Source: Octopus vulgaris
Lineage: Eukaryota
Reading direction: 5' to 3'
DNA: 64,000 nucleotides
Assembly (NCBI GenBank): GCA_951406725.2
Contig: OX597821.1
Span: forward strand, 67,704,001-67,768,000
How positions within the stretch are numbered: position 1 is the stretch's first letter; each line of letters begins with the position of its first letter. The translations under genes and the position numbers were made by a program. Under the pieces are notes generated by a model, which searched no databases, was not told where the DNA came from, and saw nothing but the letters and a program-made list of their open reading frames with translations. This document shows positions 54,258 to 64,000 of this stretch, in pieces.

Positions 54258-54439
54258 ATAACCATATATTAAATGAAGTGAAAATTTTGCACTGCAGATA
54301 GAACAATAAATATACACGAAAAACAATAAAAGGATAACGAATAAAAGGAATACCTTCGAATTATTAAATTAGTTTTTATATTTCGATTTTATAAACCCTT
54401 TTACAAAACTTTTAAGGAACAGGGAAAGAACATATATTC

Positions 54440-54928
54440 ATTCAGCGCCCAATCTCATGGCATGTCGAATATCCTCAACGTAGTTCTCAAGGAGATTCAA
54501 CGTGACACAGAACGTGACATGACCGGCCCGTTGAAATACAGGTACAACTCATTTTTGTCAGCTGAGTGGACTGAAGCTACGAGAAATAAAGTATCTTGCT
54601 CAAGCGCAGAAGGAGTCGCCGGGAATCGAACTCACGACCTTGACATCGTGAGCCAAACACTCTAACCTATTTCTTTATTACCCACAAGGGGCTAAACACA
54701 GAGGAGACAAACAAGGACAGACATAGGTATTAAGTCGATTACATCGACCCCAGTGCGTAACTGGTACTTAATTAATCGACCCCGAAAGGATGAAAGGAAA
54801 AGTCGACCTCGGCAGAATTTGAACTCAGAACGTAACGGCAGAGGAAATACGGCTACGCAATTCGTCCGACGTGCTAACGTTTCTGCCAGCTCACCGCCTT
54901 ACACTCTAACCACTAAGCCACGCGCCTT
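54440..54928 (-). mobile_element. SINE family C (tRNA head plus CORE-like domain), interrupted by family B
   Basis: Minus strand ggcgcgtggcttagtggttagagtgt...gagttcgattcccgg...cttgagcaagatactttatttc...tccactcagctgacaaaaatgag. Confidence 0.85.
54668..54900 (-). mobile_element. Full-length young family B SINE with 11-bp TSD
   Basis: TSD acactctaacc at 54657-54667 and 54901-54911. Closely matches the reverse complement of 59747-59975. Confidence 0.95.
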
Positions 54929-55173
54929 AAATCAACAGATTACTGAGATTACAGGGTATGATTTTAATGTTAACTCTGATGTCCTTACTGATATTACGTT
55001 TCGCTCTGTGATTTTTAAACATGATACACATGTGTGGAGGTCTTTCATTTTGGAGATGTAGGATCCGAATCTTGCTTCCGATGTAACACCCTTTGTGTTG
55101 GAGCAAGGTATACAGCATAGGCAAGGCGGCGAGCTGGTAGAAACGTTAGCAAGTTGACATGCATGCATGTATG

Positions 55174-55207
<34 letters not shown>

Positions 55208-56210
55208 TGTATGTATGTATGTATGTATGTATGAATATATGTATGTATGTGTGTTTGTATATATATATGTATGGATGTATGTATGTACAGATTTGTATGT
55301 TTTATATATGTATTATGCATACAGTTGCATATCTAGAGATGCTTGTATATATTTAAATGATAACTGGAAATGTATGTATCTATGTATCTATGTATACGTA
55401 GGCACATACGTATGTTCGTTTATACACATCTGTGCGCAAGTGTGTTAATTTTTTCCCATATTTTTATCCTTTAATACGCTCGTATATAGAACGTACACAA
55501 ATATTTATGTGCGTGCTTGTGAGTGTGTGTGTGTGCATGTATGTATGTATGTATGTATGTATGTATGTATGTATGTATGTATGTATGTATGTATGTATGT
55601 ATGTATGTTTGTATGTATGTATGTATGTATGAATGTATGAATATATGTATGTATGTATGTACGTATGTATGTATGTATATATGTATGTATGTATGTATGT
55701 AGGTGTATACAGAGAGAGAAAGAGGCGGGATTAGCAGAGAGAATACGTAAAGAAAATAAATTTATGAGTTACGCACAGTAAGTCAAATATTCGTGTGTGT
55801 CTATGTGTCTGAGTTTTGTGTCTTTTTAAATCTCATTCCCCTCAAAACAGCACAGTTCCTCCTATTTGTACGTAACCTTTGCATAAACACTGCCATGTTG
55901 ACATTGCGACATATACAATTGCGATTTCCTAAACGAGTCTCACCTACATTTTCTTCGGCTGACTGAATAAACAGTAACCTTTTTTTTCTGTTTCATGAAA
56001 CCCTGTCTCTTTATCACGTCACGTAAATCTAAATATGGCGATGATGTCTATTTTCCGTTTCACCTGTGAATATTTGAAAAAAAGAAAAACAAATAAGGTT
56101 TTGGGTGGGAGAGTGCCTTTAGATGGTCGTTTGAGAAGCCATTCGGTAAGCCAAGCATTCTATTTGTTATTTACATTACGCTATATGCCCACTACGCCAT
56201 ATCGGCCGAC

Positions 56211-56646
56211 GGGCATATGGCGTAGTGGTTAAGACTGCGAGCTAATAAACCCCAAGATTCCGAGTACGACTCCAAGCAGTGACCTGAACAAAAACGACAA
56301 CAATAATAATAGGGTGGTGGCGACCCCTGTTGTACTTTTTCGCCACAACTTTCTCTCACTCTCTCTCTTCCTGTTTCTTAAGTAACGCTGCCATAGACTG
56401 GCGTCCTGTCCAGCTGGGGGGAACACATACGCTTGAAAAGGGCGAAAGAATATTATTATTATTATTATAAATTCGAAAAATACCTTAGGAATGAGAACCC
56501 AGGTTTGAAATTTCCCCAAGACACCTCAGGAAGGCTGGAGGGTATATCAGCCGAAACGTTATGTTAACAACAAACAAGATGAGAACAAATATCTGTCGAA
56601 TGTAAATAATGTACATAATTCCTCATCTCTTAAATATAGAACTGTA
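56211..56646 (+). mobile_element. tRNA-headed element (family E) with hammerhead-like tail, interrupted by a family D fragment (56311-56450)
   Basis: A-box tggcgtagtgg, B-box gagtacgactcc, (AAC/AAT)n linker. Tail contains acac CTCAGGA a ggctg-gagggtatat-cagcc GAAA cgtt atgt. Confidence 0.6.
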
Positions 56647-56842
56647 TCTTTCTATTTGTATGTTGGTTTCGGTTCCTGTTTTTGAATTTTGTATGTAACC
56701 GAGATTAAATCTTACATTCCACCGTTCCAGGCCCGATAGCTAATCTATCGGTTTAATACTTAGGTAGATTACTGTCTCCCTCTCTCCCTCTCATTCTCTC
56801 CTTCCGATTCTTCTATACGCTCATGATATGGCTTACACTGAA

Positions 56843-57062
56843 AAGCGGCGAATAAGCAGAATCGTTAACAAGCTGGGGAAAATACTTAGCAACATTTCGT
56901 CCGTCTTCATGTTCTGTGTTCAAATGCCGTCGGGGTCGACTTTGACTTTCATCCTTTTGGGGGAGGTCGATAAAATACGTACCAGTTGAACACTGGGGTC
57001 GATGTAATCGAGTTAGTTACTCCCCCGAAAATGCCAACCTTGTGCCAAAAATTGAAGCCAAT
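56843..57062 (+). mobile_element. Family B SINE, older subfamily
   Basis: gcagaatcgtta...gttcaaatgccg..gggtcgactttgactttcatcc...ccttgtgccaaaaattgaa. Confidence 0.87.
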
Positions 57063-57087
57063 ATAGGTTATGCTAAGCCAGAGAAAT

Positions 57088-57275
57088 GGGGGCGCGTGGT
57101 TACTGGTTAGTGAGTTGAACTCATGATCATAGAATTGTGGTTTCAATACCTAGAGTGGGCAATACTTTGTGTTCTTGAGCAAAATATTTCATTTCACGTT
57201 GCACCAGTCTACTCAGCTGGCAAAAATGAAGACTCCTGTGACAGACTGTCCCGTCCAGGTGAGAGAATATATACA
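57088..57275 (+). mobile_element. Family C head and CORE-like domain joined to a D-type tail
   Basis: ggcgcgtggttactggttag...ttgtgttcttgagcaaaatatttcatttcacgttgcaccagtctactcagctggcaaaaatg + cctgtgacagactgtcccgtccagg. Confidence 0.8.
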
Positions 57276-57446
57276 TGACTTGGAAGGGACCTTTCTCTTC
57301 TTTTTTAATTACATGGTTAAAGAATCAGGGGGATCAACTCGTAGGCTATTTTTTGAGGGTACTACAGTCAATACTCATCCAGGTTATTGCGAAAGATCAC
57401 TCTAAGAAATCAGAAAATATGGCATTTGCTGATCAACTGATGCGAT

Positions 57447-57804
57447 CTCTTTTACTCTTTTACTCTTTTACTTGTTTCAGTCATTTGACTGCGGCCTTTA
57501 GTCGAGCAAATCGACGCCACGACTTATTCTTTGTAAGCCTAGTACTTATTCTATCGGTCTTTTTTGCCGAACCGCTAAGTTACGGGGACATAAACAAACC
57601 AGCATCGGTTGTCAAGCGATGTTGGTGGGGGGATGGCAAACACAGACACACAAACACACAAACACATATATATACGTATACATATATACGACGGGCTTCT
57701 TTCAGTTTCCGTCGACCAATTCCACTCTCAAGGCTTGCCCAAGGTTCCACGCTGTGGGGCTGAAGCCGGAACCATGTGGTTGGTAAGCAAGGTACTTACT
57801 CCTG
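57447..57804 (-). mobile_element. Family A SINE with internal deletions
   Basis: Reverse complement of family A; (cttttact)n tail. Confidence 0.9.
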
Positions 57805-58172
57805 TTAAACGGACGAGTACAAGTTTTCACCAGTGTAATGCGAAGATATGGTTCTGGTTTTAGCTGCAATTAAGAGGAAATTCGACTCTTATCTAATGCG
57901 TGCAACATTCATATAGACACTAAGGATTGAAACTATTCCTTACATATATTTGAAATAAGATAGCACAAAATTAAGAATCCTTCGGAGACATCTCTACCCT
58001 CATCCATCAAAAAAATGTAACTATGGCGAGTTTTTGAAGTCCCAAACGATGAAACACTGGAAATCAAAGACTTTTCGAAAGTCAAACGTATAATTAGATC
58101 CAGTTTCTTAAGTTTATGAAAGTCACAAAGTGACGAGGAACGTTTTCTGCCTCCGTATTTATTTCTTGTGAG

Positions 58173-58388
58173 TTTACGCGGCGTGCTGACATAAACGTTA
58201 GCACGCTGGGCGAAATGCTTAGCAGTATTTCGTCCGTCTTTACGTTCTGGGCTCAAATTCCGTCGAGATCGACTTTGCCTTTCATTCTTTCGGGGTCGAT
58301 AAATTAAGTACCATTTGCGTACTGGGGATTGATCTAATTAACGGGCCCCTTCCCCAAAATTTCAGGCCTTATACCTTTTGCAGAAACG
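58173..58388 (+). mobile_element. Family B SINE with 16-bp TSD
   Basis: TSD atttatttcttgtgag at 58157-58172 and 58389-58404. Confidence 0.93.
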
Positions 58389-58404
58389 ATTTATTTCTTG
58401 TGAG

Positions 58405-58852
58405 GGAGAAGGCATGGCTGTGCGGTTAAGAATCCCCGCTTCCCCAGCAAATGGTTTCGAGTTCAGACCCAATGTGCCGCAACTTGGGCAAGTATCTTCT
58501 GCTATAACTCCGGCCCTGTGAGAGAATTGGTATGGAATTCCGCCGTATATGTGTGTGTGCGTGTGTGTATGTTTGTATGCATCTGTATGTCTGCATACAC
58601 ATACATGTGTATGTATGTATGTGTATATATATATATATACACATATATATATATATACATACATATATGTATGTATGTGTGTGTGTCTGAGCGTGTGTAT
58701 ACGGTGTTGGTTTGTTTGCATCCTGGTAAGCTTGTGGTCTCGAAAGAGACCGATAGAATAAATACTGGGATCAATTTGTTCAACTAAAAAGAAAACTTCT
58801 CAAGGCGATGCCCCTGCATGGCCGCAGACCACTAATTGAAACAAATAACAAG
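58405..58852 (+). mobile_element. Old diverged family A SINE
   Basis: ggcatggctgtgcggttaag...gagttcagaccc...cttgggcaagtatcttctgctata, microsatellite, gagaccgatagaataa...gcatggccgcag. Confidence 0.8.
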
Positions 58853-59508
58853 TAATAGATATAAGAAAGGTAAACCACTGCTGGCTATAACTTCTAAATT
58901 TCCCAGCGCCTTAAAAATAAAAGACAGCTTTCTTAACGTAGCCAGGATTAGAATGTTCCTAATTAAATGTCGAATCAGCCTGGGGTTAAACAACAAAAGA
59001 ATTACATTAACTTAGCGTCGAGGTGAGAAACTCGCCGCCGTTGTGCCAAACTTAATTTCAGCCACTTCTTCATTAATTAGTCTCCATGTCTCCCTTGTCA
59101 AGATGTGAAAAAACAAAAAAAACAAAAAAACTAATACATGACAGTGATGTGGTTTTCTCCATCAATTATATCTCGCATTAAGCATTGGGCGATGCAGCAA
59201 TTAAAAGTTTTATTTGTCTGAATTACTTATGTCATACAACAATAATTGCTTACATTTCAAAGATGGCAGTCTGCTAGTAGCAGGCATTATATTTCAGTAA
59301 TTTTTTTTCTCTTTTTTGTTTGGCTTCTTTCTTTCTTTCTTTATTTTTTTGTCTCATTGTCAACAGAAAAGTTTTTCTTTTAATACACATCGGCTTTAGG
59401 AAGCCACTTCTGTCTAATACTGTCAACTCTACAGACTGACTCATTCCTTCCAGAAATGAGAAAAAAACTATACATATAATTGCATCTGAAGCAATACAAT
59501 ACATTCAC

Positions 59509-59672
59509 TAGTCGAACAATTCTTCCTATAACTCGTATGACATCTGCGACGTAGAGCCGATATATTAAATCCATGTTTTCGTTATTATCTGAAGCCGTTA
59601 TTATAGTGGCGCGGTGGTGCGGTGGCGCCGTGGAGTTTCCTTCCAGGTCAAAATTCTTCAAGTAAATCTCAC
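59509..59672 (-). CDS. Speculative internal exon with a cadherin-repeat-like signature
   Basis: ag|GT...CTA|gtgaat, open for 164 nt: (G)EIYLKNFDLEGNSTAPPHHRATIITASDNNENMDLIYRLYVADVIRVIGRIVRL. The acceptor is weak and there is no DxNDN. Confidence 0.2.
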
Positions 59673-59746
59673 CTGCAGCTAAGCACTCGATTTATTTGTA
59701 GAAATTATTTAACAAAACGCTTGTATTACATGAAGCCAAGATACAA

Positions 59747-59975
59747 GGCGGTGAGCTGGCATAAACGTTAGCACGCCGGGTGAAATGCTTAGCAGTATTT
59801 CGTATGTCCTTACGTTCTGAGTTCAAATTCCACCGAGGTCGACTTTGCCTTTCATCCTTTCGGGGTCGATAAATTAAGTACCAGTTACGCACTGGGGTCG
59901 ATGTAATCGACTTAATCCCTTTGTCTGTCCTAGTTTGTCTCCTCTATGTTTAGCCCCTTGTGGGAATAAAGAAAT
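59747..59975 (+). mobile_element. Full-length young family B SINE with 9-bp TSD
   Basis: TSD aagatacaa at 59738-59746 and 59976-59984. B-box gagttcaaattcc; Meta-like core gactttgcctttcatcctttcggggtcgataaattaagtaccag. Confidence 0.95.
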
Positions 59976-60017
59976 AAGATACAACAGGAACGGGTTTATG
60001 TAAACGCTAACTAAAGT

Positions 60018-60998
60018 ATTATATTAGAAAGGAAGTCTTGTTGGATTTTGACAGTCACTTTGAGGGTAATTTTTCAATACTTACAGTAAAATTAGCATCA
60101 CTTTTGCAATTTATTTTTGTACCACAATAGTTAAATTCGTATCGAATTCAACTCGCTGAAAAAGAGTTCAGCTCACACCTGTATCATACACTGTATGCTG
60201 CAAAAATTCAAAAGGGACTCTACAGCAATAGAAGCGGTAAGAAATATTCATTTTGTTTACAGAAATAAAGCTTTCAGTGTTCGGACATGCCAATGTTAGT
60301 TTGGCCATTCTCGCTCGGCAACATATTCTCTCGTAGATTCCCTTCGATCTGGAGGACCAAGTTCCGAGCTTTTGAAAATCGTAGTCGAATAAGATCCAAA
60401 GCGAATTTCACTGGAATTAATTAGCAAAAGATTTCAATTCAAGACATACAATGATCATAAAACACTTTCATGAACTGAGAAAAGTGGCTTAATTGGTCAG
60501 AGGGTCCTTCATTAATCGACTGCTTCTCAATTTAATCAAAGTGTTGACCACCCACCCCCTCCGTTTGTCATTGAAGAGTAGTCTTACTATCGAAACTTTC
60601 CTGTGTAGAATCATCACAGCTGGCAAAAGGCAGGCTCTCTATGATCATAGCCAGCGAAAAAGACGATGTTAGTAGCAAATGGAAAGGGAGAATATATCCT
60701 TAAACCAGGACTACAACTAAAAATACTTTTGCTCTGTGTTTCTTGCGAGAGAAAAATGTCGTCGACCAGAAATGTTCAACTAAAATGAAACAGTAACAAC
60801 TGAAATGCATTGCCATCAATTTGAACTGCACAAAAATTGACTGAAAAAGTTCAAACATTTGTTAAACTTAAAGGAGATGTTGCTGTTACGCGATGATGCA
60901 AGACCACTTATCACCGAAGTCACTCAAGAAAAGATTTTGTCAGTAAATATGAAAGATTTGCCTCAACCTCCTTACTCTTTTGATCTTGCTCCACCTGA
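60018..60998 (+). mobile_element. Decayed Mos1-like mariner transposase
   Basis: HCML..., AIEAVRNIHFVY...SVRTCQC*F...SLVDSLRSGGP, FLCRIITAGKRQALYD, PKPGLQ, LLRDDARP, LPQPPYSFDLAPPD. Cut at the third catalytic D by a SINE. Confidence 0.9.
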
Positions 60999-61392
60999 CT
61001 CTTTTACTCTTTTACTTGTTTCAGTTATTTGACTGCGGCCATGCTGGAGCACCGCCTTTAGTCGAGCAAATCGACCCCAGGACTTATTCTTTTAGAAGCC
61101 TAGTACTTATTCTATCGGTCTATCTTGCCGAACCGCTAAGTTACGGGGACGCAAACACACCAGCATCGGTTGTCAAGCGATGTTGGGTGTACAAACACAG
61201 ACACACAAACACATATATATACATATATACGACGGGCTTCTTTCAGTTTCCGTCTACCAAATCCACTCACAAGGCTTTGGTCGGCCCGAGGCTATAGTAG
61301 AAGACACTTGCCCAAGGTGCCACGCAGTGGGACTGAAGCCGGAACCATGTGGTTGGTAAACAAGCTACTTATCACACAGCCACATCTGTACC
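60999..61392 (-). mobile_element. Family A SINE, full length
   Basis: Reverse complement of family A, directly after the mariner YSxDLAPxD motif. Confidence 0.94.
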
Positions 61393-61639
61393 TGTTGTGT
61401 AATATTTTGATAGATTTGGCTGTTATTTTAGTAGCTTGGATCGTAGTTTAATTGCCTGTATTCTGCGGCAAAGCGCGTCCAAAGATAAGTATTATTTTAA
61501 AAAAACTACTTGAAGAAGATATCTAAGCACCATGTAATACCATATTGGGAAAAAAAACGATTTCCATTATCAATTAACCGAAAACTTTAATGTTTGTTTT
61601 TAAAAAAATAACTTCCAACTATCTGTGCAATTATGCAAT

Positions 61640-63300
61640 ATTGACAAGCTCCAAATAGAAACCCATCAAACTGCTTTAGGTAACCACTTCACAAGACTAT
61701 TGCATTATCATTCAAGCTTAATGACCATGACCTTTGCCGACTTGGTAAGAATGTCTCCATTAGTGCTCTTCATCTGTAATTGGATGTTGAAACATGCGCG
61801 GAGGCCATGAGCAGGACGGGAATTTAAGTAAACCGATATTCTGAGGAGGAATCACTGTGAGGTCTTGTTCGAATACGGAGTGTGGACACAAAAGTGATGA
61901 GAGGACGAGCAGCGAGTAAATGGAACGACCGTCTGTAGTTAGCATAAGGCCTGCCAGCTTTGAGCAGCAAAAGCCATATAATCGAACGGTAGTAAAAGCA
62001 GAAACAGGAGACACCGCACCTATGATCCAGAAGTTAGTGCATGCTTGTTGATGACTTTGTGTCATTCAAGGGCATGTTTGTTGGTGCCTTTATGCCATGC
62101 GGGAAACCACTTCTGTGTGCGTTCTAGACTGTTTGTGCACAGCAGTAGCTGTCTCAGACGTGAGAGTTCAATTGTGGGCACCAAATGAGGTTTCAGAGAA
62201 TCAAAAATTATTGAGAAGGGAAATAGCTTCTGACCCCGAAAAGATGCGACAGTTCTTAAGAAGCTGTCATAGTTAAGCTAAGGAGTACTTTGGTCAGGGT
62301 AGATCCCCAGTGATATTAACAGTTAGTACAATTATGAGGGCTCTTGATTAACTGGTGTGTGGCATGGCGTTGTCCTATTGATAGGAGTAACGTTTAAGTT
62401 TTCCTGCTGTTGAAAGGGACAAGATTGACATATCCCCACCGGAAAATAATTTAGCGCTCTCTGTTCATTAGAGATAGTGCGGCTGAAAGGAATGATGACT
62501 AGGTTGAAAGGGGCAATGCATGGATGGGTAACATTAATGGGGAAAATGAAGGACGCTGTCATCTTTATGAGAGTGAGTGTTGTTGGACAGAGTAAGCTGT
62601 TTATGTATGGAAGAAAGTTGGAGCAAAACCGAATCCCGAGACACGCCACAATATGGAACAGAAAGATCACGCGCAGCAATAGTGCAACCTGACCGAAAGC
62701 TACCAACCCAAGAGATGAGCGACGATAGTGCCTATTGGCAAGCAGTTTCGATAGAAAATTTGTATGACAGACATGAATGAAAGCTTTGCTGAAACCGAGA
62801 ATATTGCTTTCACCAACTTCTCCACAGGAAGCATGAGCCAACTATTCCATATTCTAGCGTGTGTCAGGATTCGGTTTTGTCCTGACTTTCTTCTATAAAT
62901 CAATGGTTTACTCCCTCCAGCAACACTTACCAGCGAGTATAGCTTTCTGGAAACCATATTTAAAGAGTCAGAGGAAATGGTCGTTAATGGTTGTGTCAAT
63001 TATCTTCGAAATATTAGACGTGGTTGCGCTAAGGTGGTAATTGGAAGGTTTAGAGTGGTAATAGCATGTTTCCAAAGATCAGGGTAAATCTATTTAGAGG
63101 GGAAAATACTGAATCGTTTGTAGATTTTAGGTGCTAGATTTGACACATAATGTTTGAGGGTACTGGAAGTGATTCTGTCAGCATCTGTGGCATAGCTGGC
63201 TTCAACTGACCTAAAGATGCTTAAGCACTTGACCTGTGTTTATGCAGAGTATTCGAGTATTTCATTGATTAATTTTAAATGGTTAAATCATAGTGACATT
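61640..63300 (-). mobile_element. Decayed CR1/L2/Jockey-group LINE (RT domain to 3' end)
   Basis: ATDADRIT..LK....LAP...IYPDLWKHA (GPDGIP..LK..ELAP...FP..WK.A), GES...FSKAFIHVCH...LSKL (LDISKAFDRVWH), FLPYINSLL (FL.YINDL), and a C-terminal SSSHHFCV...YLNSRP (LWNSLP) region. Confidence 0.85.
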
Positions 63301-64000
63301 TTCAAGTAACCTTCATGTGAACCAATAAAGGGAAAAAATCCCTACATAGCCGCGCATCATGCTAGAAACAGCAGCCGAATTTCTTTCAAATATCATATCT
63401 CATATAAAAAGAAGTAGTTCATTTCATTGGAGGACTGCTTGGGCAGGTGATGGCGTTGGGCTAAACAACAACAAACCTCACATAAAAGAACTGAATATTA
63501 TAGCAGTTGAGATTTTTATCTCTAAAAACCCGTTCAATACAGCCGCTATCTAAAGCGGGGGTACATTAACTAATGTAATCTTGAAAAAGAGAAAAGTTGG
63601 TCATGGAGTCTCATCCTCTCATGTAGAACCATAATCAATATGAAGGCCATTGCAAGCTAAAGCCTTTTTCCGCATGATGGAAAATTTTGTCCATTTTCTA
63701 AAGAAATCGCTACTAGTTACTATTGAAACATTTAAAAAGTCAAATGTCAGTTTACCTGGAAAGAAAACATGCAGTTATTAAGAAGTGTTGAAATTAACGC
63801 TTGCAAGACCTCCCAGTTCCAGCTTTACTCCTTGATACTCAGCCTATGTACATTTTCAACCGGACTTTGTAAAAATGTTGCATCACATATCCGCTCGACT
63901 AGAGTCGATTTGGAACAACCTCAAAAAGTCAGAAATAATATCTATAATGCCTTTGTCTCAAAATTAGTCAGAAGAGTAGGAGCAGTACCCGTGACAATTG

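Noticed and set aside
61170-61451. Recurrent peptide RRASFSFRLPNPLTRLWSARGYSRRHLPKV (also 13389, 31297, 53446, 57275) resembling a gene family
   Set aside because: It is the antisense frame of SINE family A; frames and stops vary between copies.
63720-64000. Faint mariner/Tc1 YSPDLAP-like traces here and at 41780-41860
   Set aside because: Motifs need several frameshifts and substitutions; not distinguishable from chance.

Overview
AT-rich eukaryotic non-coding DNA, intergenic or a very large intron, most consistent with an octopod cephalopod genome (inferred from the mollusc-type 5S rRNA copy and the SINE/microsatellite landscape; not database-confirmed). No intact protein-coding gene is evident: nearly all long ORFs in the track are translated microsatellites or SINE antisense frames. 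The window is a transposon graveyard. It holds more than 25 tRNA-headed SINE copies in about 5 modular families (called A-E here), two DD41D (rosa-type) Tc1/mariner copies (one full length with TIRs and TA target sites), a Mos1-like mariner, two Helitron pieces, R4/Dong-like, CR1/L2-like and L1/Tx1-like LINE remnants, a 5S rRNA pseudogene, and several Penelope-like element (PLE) fragments. The most interesting signals are (1) at least five unrelated repeat families carrying minimal hammerhead-ribozyme motifs with palindromic stem III, two of them in large inverted duplications; (2) a tRNA-headed SINE that seems to carry a hammerhead/PLE-type tail and PLE-style inverted 5' duplications, a candidate PLE-mobilised 'ribozyme SINE'; and (3) a C-terminal-endonuclease PLE with TGA at two conserved Cys positions (possible selenocysteine relic, or simple decay). 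All calls were made by eye, and boundaries of old elements are approximate.
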